DNA from: an uncultured Planctomycetota bacterium
GTDB lineage: Bacteria > Planctomycetota > Planctomycetia > Gemmatales > Gemmataceae
DNA length: 64,000 bases
Assembly (NCBI GenBank): GCA_963849325.1
Contig: CAWKHF010000006.1
Span: 320,001 to 384,000 of the forward strand
Reading direction: 5' to 3'
Below, one piece after another: positions 60,592 through 64,000 of this stretch (positions within the stretch are counted from its first letter, which is position 1; each line of letters begins with the position of its first letter). Under the pieces are notes generated by a model. That model had not been told where the DNA came from, made no database searches, and worked only from the letters and a program-made list of their open reading frames with translations. The translations under genes and the position numbers were made by a program.

Positions 60592-61473
60592 TCAATAGTT
60601 GGTGGGAGTTTGGCCATCCTGAATGTTGGCGAGGTATCCCAGGGTTGTGCCACTGACACTTGTATTCAACCCATGCACGCTGCCGTCGCAGAAGACGAAG
60701 TTCACCACGCTGGTGTGACTGCTCCCGAAAATCCAGGTGCCGTTGTTGCCTCCACCTACTCCGGTCGTCTGGGTGGGGGATTGGGCCAGCGGATACCGCG
60801 CTCCGGCCTGACGACCGACCGTCAGGTGATCGCTGCCAAAGATGCAGAGGTCGCCATAAGCAGAGCTGCCGAAATTGTTCTGCGGCACCTGCTTTTCGCC
60901 GACCAGGAAGGTGTTGCTCAGTCCGTCGGTAATTTGGTTGAAGGTCACGCAGGTGCCGGCGGCGAGGGGGAAGGGGCCGCTCTGGTAGCTGTCATCTCCC
61001 AGGCACACGGCGTAATCCGCGACCGTCCCGCCGACAACGCCATTGCCGGCGGGTGCCGGACTGACGGTCCCTCCACGGCGCGAGGGACAGATGTAGGTCT
61101 TTACCGGAGTATTGAGGATCGCCGCCGGCATGCCCTGAAAAGAAGAACTACCCAGAGGCTGCGGGAATTGATTGTACAGGTTCTGTTGCTCGATGAACGG
61201 GAGCATCTCGACGGCCCAGGATCCGTAGCTGTAGTTGCCCCCGTTGTGCGTGTCGGCATAGGGGAGTCGGCCGTAGACATCGTGGTAGTTTTGCATGGCG
61301 AGGCCGATTTGCTTGAGGTTATTCGTACACTGGGCACGGCTGGCGGCCTCGCGCACTTTTTGCACGGCGGGTAGCAACAGGCCGATGAGGATGGCGATGA
61401 TGGCGATCACCACCAACAGCTCGATCAAGGTGAAGCCGCGTCGGCCTTGCGGAGTCCAACCGGAACGAGTCAT
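60592..61473 (-). CDS. DUF1559 prepilin-type N-terminal cleavage/methylation domain protein
   Basis: [48 protein letters not shown]-x9-DG (SHTSVVNFVFCDGSV). Confidence 0.95.
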   Translation of the reverse strand: MTRSGWTPQGRRGFTLIELLVVIAIIAILIGLLLPAVQKVREAASRAQCTNNLKQIGLAMQNYHDVYGRLPYADTHNGGNYSYGSWAVEMLPFIEQQNLYNQFPQPLGSSSFQGMPAAILNTPVKTYICPSRRGGTVSPAPAGNGVVGGTVADYAVCLGDDSYQSGPFPLAAGTCVTFNQITDGLSNTFLVGEKQVPQNNFGSSAYGDLCIFGSDHLTVGRQAGARYPLAQSPTQTTGVGGGNNGTWIFGSSHTSVVNFVFCDGSVHGLNTSVSGTTLGYLANIQDGQTPTNY

Positions 61474-61731
61474 GAGAGCTACCTCCGGAGAAGTGAACCG
61501 GCAAGGACCGTTTTGGCGGAGCCGGAAGTGTCGATCCTGTGCCGACGAATCACACCGAATCGAACGAGGACTTCCCCGTTTTCGCGGCGGCGGGCGAGTC
61601 ACCCGCCGCCGTTAAACCGAGGACATGGAAGACAGGCCTGAGCTTATAACGCGGACGGGAACCTGTCTTGGCAGGTCGGGCAAAGTCGATTGGCAAATCG
61701 GGTAATGAGATGAGAACGCCTTCAGCGGCCG

Positions 61732-61796
61732 ATCGGAGCCCAAAGCGTAAGCGCGGGACATTTCCCCATTCCCTCGCTCGCGCTTCGGACTCCGAT
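61732..61796. repeat. Degenerate REP-like inverted repeat
   Basis: ATCGGAGCCCAAAGCGTAAGCGCGGGA ... TCCCTCGCTCGCGCTTCGGACTCCGAT, related to 60493-60568. Confidence 0.6.
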
Positions 61797-61812
61797 GGAG
61801 AACCGGTGTGTC

Positions 61813-62685
61813 TCAGTAACTCCCTTCGGGGATGACGCCGCCGTCATTGATGTTGCACAGCCGTTCCAGGATGGGGTTGGCGGCGCTGACGCTCACGGAG
61901 TAGTTGATGCTGCGCACGCTGCCGTCGGCGAAGACGGCGTTGAACTTGCCGATGTGAGACGAGCCGAACTCCGACAACGAGTTGGTCAGGCCGTCCTGGG
62001 CTGGCTGGATGGTGGAATCGCGGATGGTGTCCCAGTCCCAGCCGGCGGTGTAGCCCTCGTTGTCGTCACTCTGCGCTTTGCCAAGGTTTTGCAGACCCAG
62101 CCGCTTGTCGGCGACCATCATCGTGTTCGAGGTGCCGTCCTGGATCTGGGTCATGACGACGGGAGCCAGGTTGTTCGACCGTACGATGCCGTTGTTGTTC
62201 GAGTCGCTGGCGGCGTAGTCGCACAGGGCATGAGTGACGTTGCCGATGTAGCCGTCGCTGTACTTGACGGTCTGCGGCCCACGACGGGCCGGGCAGAAGA
62301 ATACCTTGATGGGCGTGCCCACCGCGACCGTGGCGCCCGCTTTCCAGGCGTTTTGCCCCTCAATATAGGGCAGGACCTGAAAGCCCCAGCCGGCATTTTG
62401 GGCCTGGCCGACGGCTGGCTGGCCGTTGATGTAGGTCGGCGGCGTACTCCAGGTTTTGCCGCCGCCCGGGAAATAGGCGAGCGTATCGTGGTGATTTTGG
62501 AACGCCAACCCAAACTGCTTGAGGTTGTTTTCGCACTGGGCCCGGGCCGCCGCCGCGCGGACCTTTTGCACGGCCGGCAGGAGCAGACCAATGAGGATGG
62601 CGATGATGGCGATCACCACCAGCAGTTCAATCAAGGTGAACGCGGACGCCGAACGAGGACGGCAGGGAGAAGTAGGCGCGAGCAT
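61813..62685 (-). CDS. DUF1559 prepilin-type N-terminal cleavage/methylation domain protein
   Basis: [52 protein letters not shown]. Confidence 0.95.
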   Translation of the reverse strand: MLAPTSPCRPRSASAFTLIELLVVIAIIAILIGLLLPAVQKVRAAAARAQCENNLKQFGLAFQNHHDTLAYFPGGGKTWSTPPTYINGQPAVGQAQNAGWGFQVLPYIEGQNAWKAGATVAVGTPIKVFFCPARRGPQTVKYSDGYIGNVTHALCDYAASDSNNNGIVRSNNLAPVVMTQIQDGTSNTMMVADKRLGLQNLGKAQSDDNEGYTAGWDWDTIRDSTIQPAQDGLTNSLSEFGSSHIGKFNAVFADGSVRSINYSVSVSAANPILERLCNINDGGVIPEGSY

Positions 62686-62997
62686 GGACACATCCTCCAA
62701 CCGAAAGATGAGAAGAAAGGGGCTACGCGAGTCAATGATGAGTTTATTGCTCGCCGAGGGAGAGGGTCAAGGAGAAAATGAAAAAAATGTTAGGAAGGAA
62801 TGAGGAGAAATGAGCGGGTAGCGAGGTGTTGCGCCAACGCCGGAGCAGGGGCGGGTGTTTACCTTGCAGGCAGGGTGCGAGCGTCCGACACGGGAGGCCG
62901 CGGCGAGTTGTGGTGGCGAGGCCGCGGTGCGGGCCGTACAATCGAGTAGTCGCCCCTATCCCGGCGATGCCGTCCCCCGATTGACGGCCCAAGAGCG

Positions 62998-63579
62998 ATG
63001 CGCGTGGCGGCCTTCGAGAACTCGCAAGAATCTCTGGCGGAGGAGCATCGACGGATCGTCGCGGCTCAGCACGGAGACCGTGCCGCCTTCGCCGAACTGG
63101 TCGAACGCTATTGGGATCGCCTGTATCGCTGGTTATATCACCTGACGCACGACCGGCATGCGGCCGAGGATCTGGCCCAGGAGACGTTCCTGAAGGCCTT
63201 CGCCGGTCTGAAGAAGTTCCAGGCCGGCACCAACTTCGGCGCCTGGCTGTTCCGCATCGCCCACAATAATTTCGCCAACCAGTGCCGTTCGGCGGCGCGC
63301 CGCCGCGAGGCGCTGCCCGACAACCTGCCCGACCCGCGGCGCGGCCCAGCCGAAGAGGCGGCCAGCGCCGAGGCCGTGCAAGATCTGGCGCGAGCCATCA
63401 ACCGTCTGCCCGCCGAATTTCGTGCCGCTCTGCTGCTGCGCGTCGAGGAAGGGCTATCCTTTCGGCAGATCGCCGAGGTGCTCGACCTGACCGAGGAGAC
63501 GGCGCGCTGGCGCGTGTTCAAGGCCCGGCAGAAGTTGTTGAGCGTCCTGGCCGCCTGCCAGGAGCAGGAGAAGTCATGA
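62998..63579 (+). CDS. ECF RNA polymerase sigma factor
   Basis: GD..AF.ELV.RY, AEDLAQETFLKA, WLFRIA.N, LP...R..LLLR..EGLS...IAEVL. Confidence 0.92.
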   Translation: MRVAAFENSQESLAEEHRRIVAAQHGDRAAFAELVERYWDRLYRWLYHLTHDRHAAEDLAQETFLKAFAGLKKFQAGTNFGAWLFRIAHNNFANQCRSAARRREALPDNLPDPRRGPAEEAASAEAVQDLARAINRLPAEFRAALLLRVEEGLSFRQIAEVLDLTEETARWRVFKARQKLLSVLAACQEQEKS

Positions 63580-64000
63580 ACTGCACGGTCATTCAGCGCC
63601 GGCTGCTGTCCGCCGAGCAGCCGGATCAACCGTCGGCCGAGATCGAGAGCCACCTGGCCCAGTGTTCGGTCTGCCGGGCCTGGCAGCGTCGCCTGGTCCG
63701 AATGGAGCGACAGGTTCCGCTGCTGCCGGTCCCGCCCTCGACGGCCAAGGCCGATCTGCTGCGGCGTCTTCTCGGCACGAGGGCAGGCGAGGCCGCGGGC
63801 CGGCCGGCCCTCTGGCAGTCCTCCCTGGCCCCTGGTCCCAAGGAGCGCGGCCTGCGGAAGGTATCGGTGGCCTTCGCCCTGGCCGCCGCCTTGCTGGTGT
63901 TCGCCCTGGCCTGGTGGGCCTGGCCGCACAACACGTCCCCTTCCCCGGCAGCCGGCCAGCTCACGCAGCGGCAGCTCGACCAGAAAAGACTCGACCAACG
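63576..64000 (+). CDS. Zinc-finger anti-sigma factor (partial)
   Basis: ATGA-coupled to the sigma gene; MNC...HLAQCSVC (HxxxCxxC) followed by a TM helix. Confidence 0.85.
   Translation, partial: MNCTVIQRRLLSAEQPDQPSAEIESHLAQCSVCRAWQRRLVRMERQVPLLPVPPSTAKADLLRRLLGTRAGEAAGRPALWQSSLAPGPKERGLRKVSVAFALAAALLVFALAWWAWPHNTSPSPAAGQLTQRQLDQKRLDQ

Noticed and set aside
60592-64000. DUF1559 pair and ECF sigma/anti-sigma as a novel system
   Set aside because: These are highly expanded, routine families in planctomycetes; nothing unusual is visible here.

Overview
GC-rich bacterial DNA, very likely from a planctomycete (Gemmataceae-like). This is inferred from two DUF1559 prepilin-like genes, an 'RLELLALEERALP' export motif and planctomycete-style REP palindromes. 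The window has three blocks. (1) 1-18.9 kb: a ~2,280-codon Ser/Thr/Asp-rich secreted protein ends in a barnase/RNase Sa-like toxin and is followed by a barstar-like gene. A second, start-less copy of the carrier C-terminus carries a different toxin-like tip and its own candidate immunity gene. This looks like a polymorphic toxin locus on a carrier type I do not recognise. It sits next to a GT4-like glycosyltransferase and a triple TPR-GT9/DUF6165 protein. (2) ~19-60.3 kb: an integrated plasmid-like element whose large serine recombinase ends inside tRNA-Ser(TGA). It carries RepA with an iteron/DnaA-box origin, ParA plus a small partner, a DarB-like methylase-helicase, a MOBF relaxase, a VirD4-like coupling protein and ParB, but no recognisable mating-pair genes. 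It also has an operon with four candidate DNA-modifying enzymes bracketed by two related long hairpins, plus cargo (two-partner secretion pair, resolvase/WGR, ankyrin, pilin-like, HEAT-repeat genes). (3) 60.4-64 kb: ordinary chromosome (two DUF1559 genes, ECF sigma factor and anti-sigma). Many genes are broken by single-base frameshifts, probably sequencing or assembly indels, so merged coordinates are my reconstructions. All family calls come from motif recognition by eye; no database search was run.
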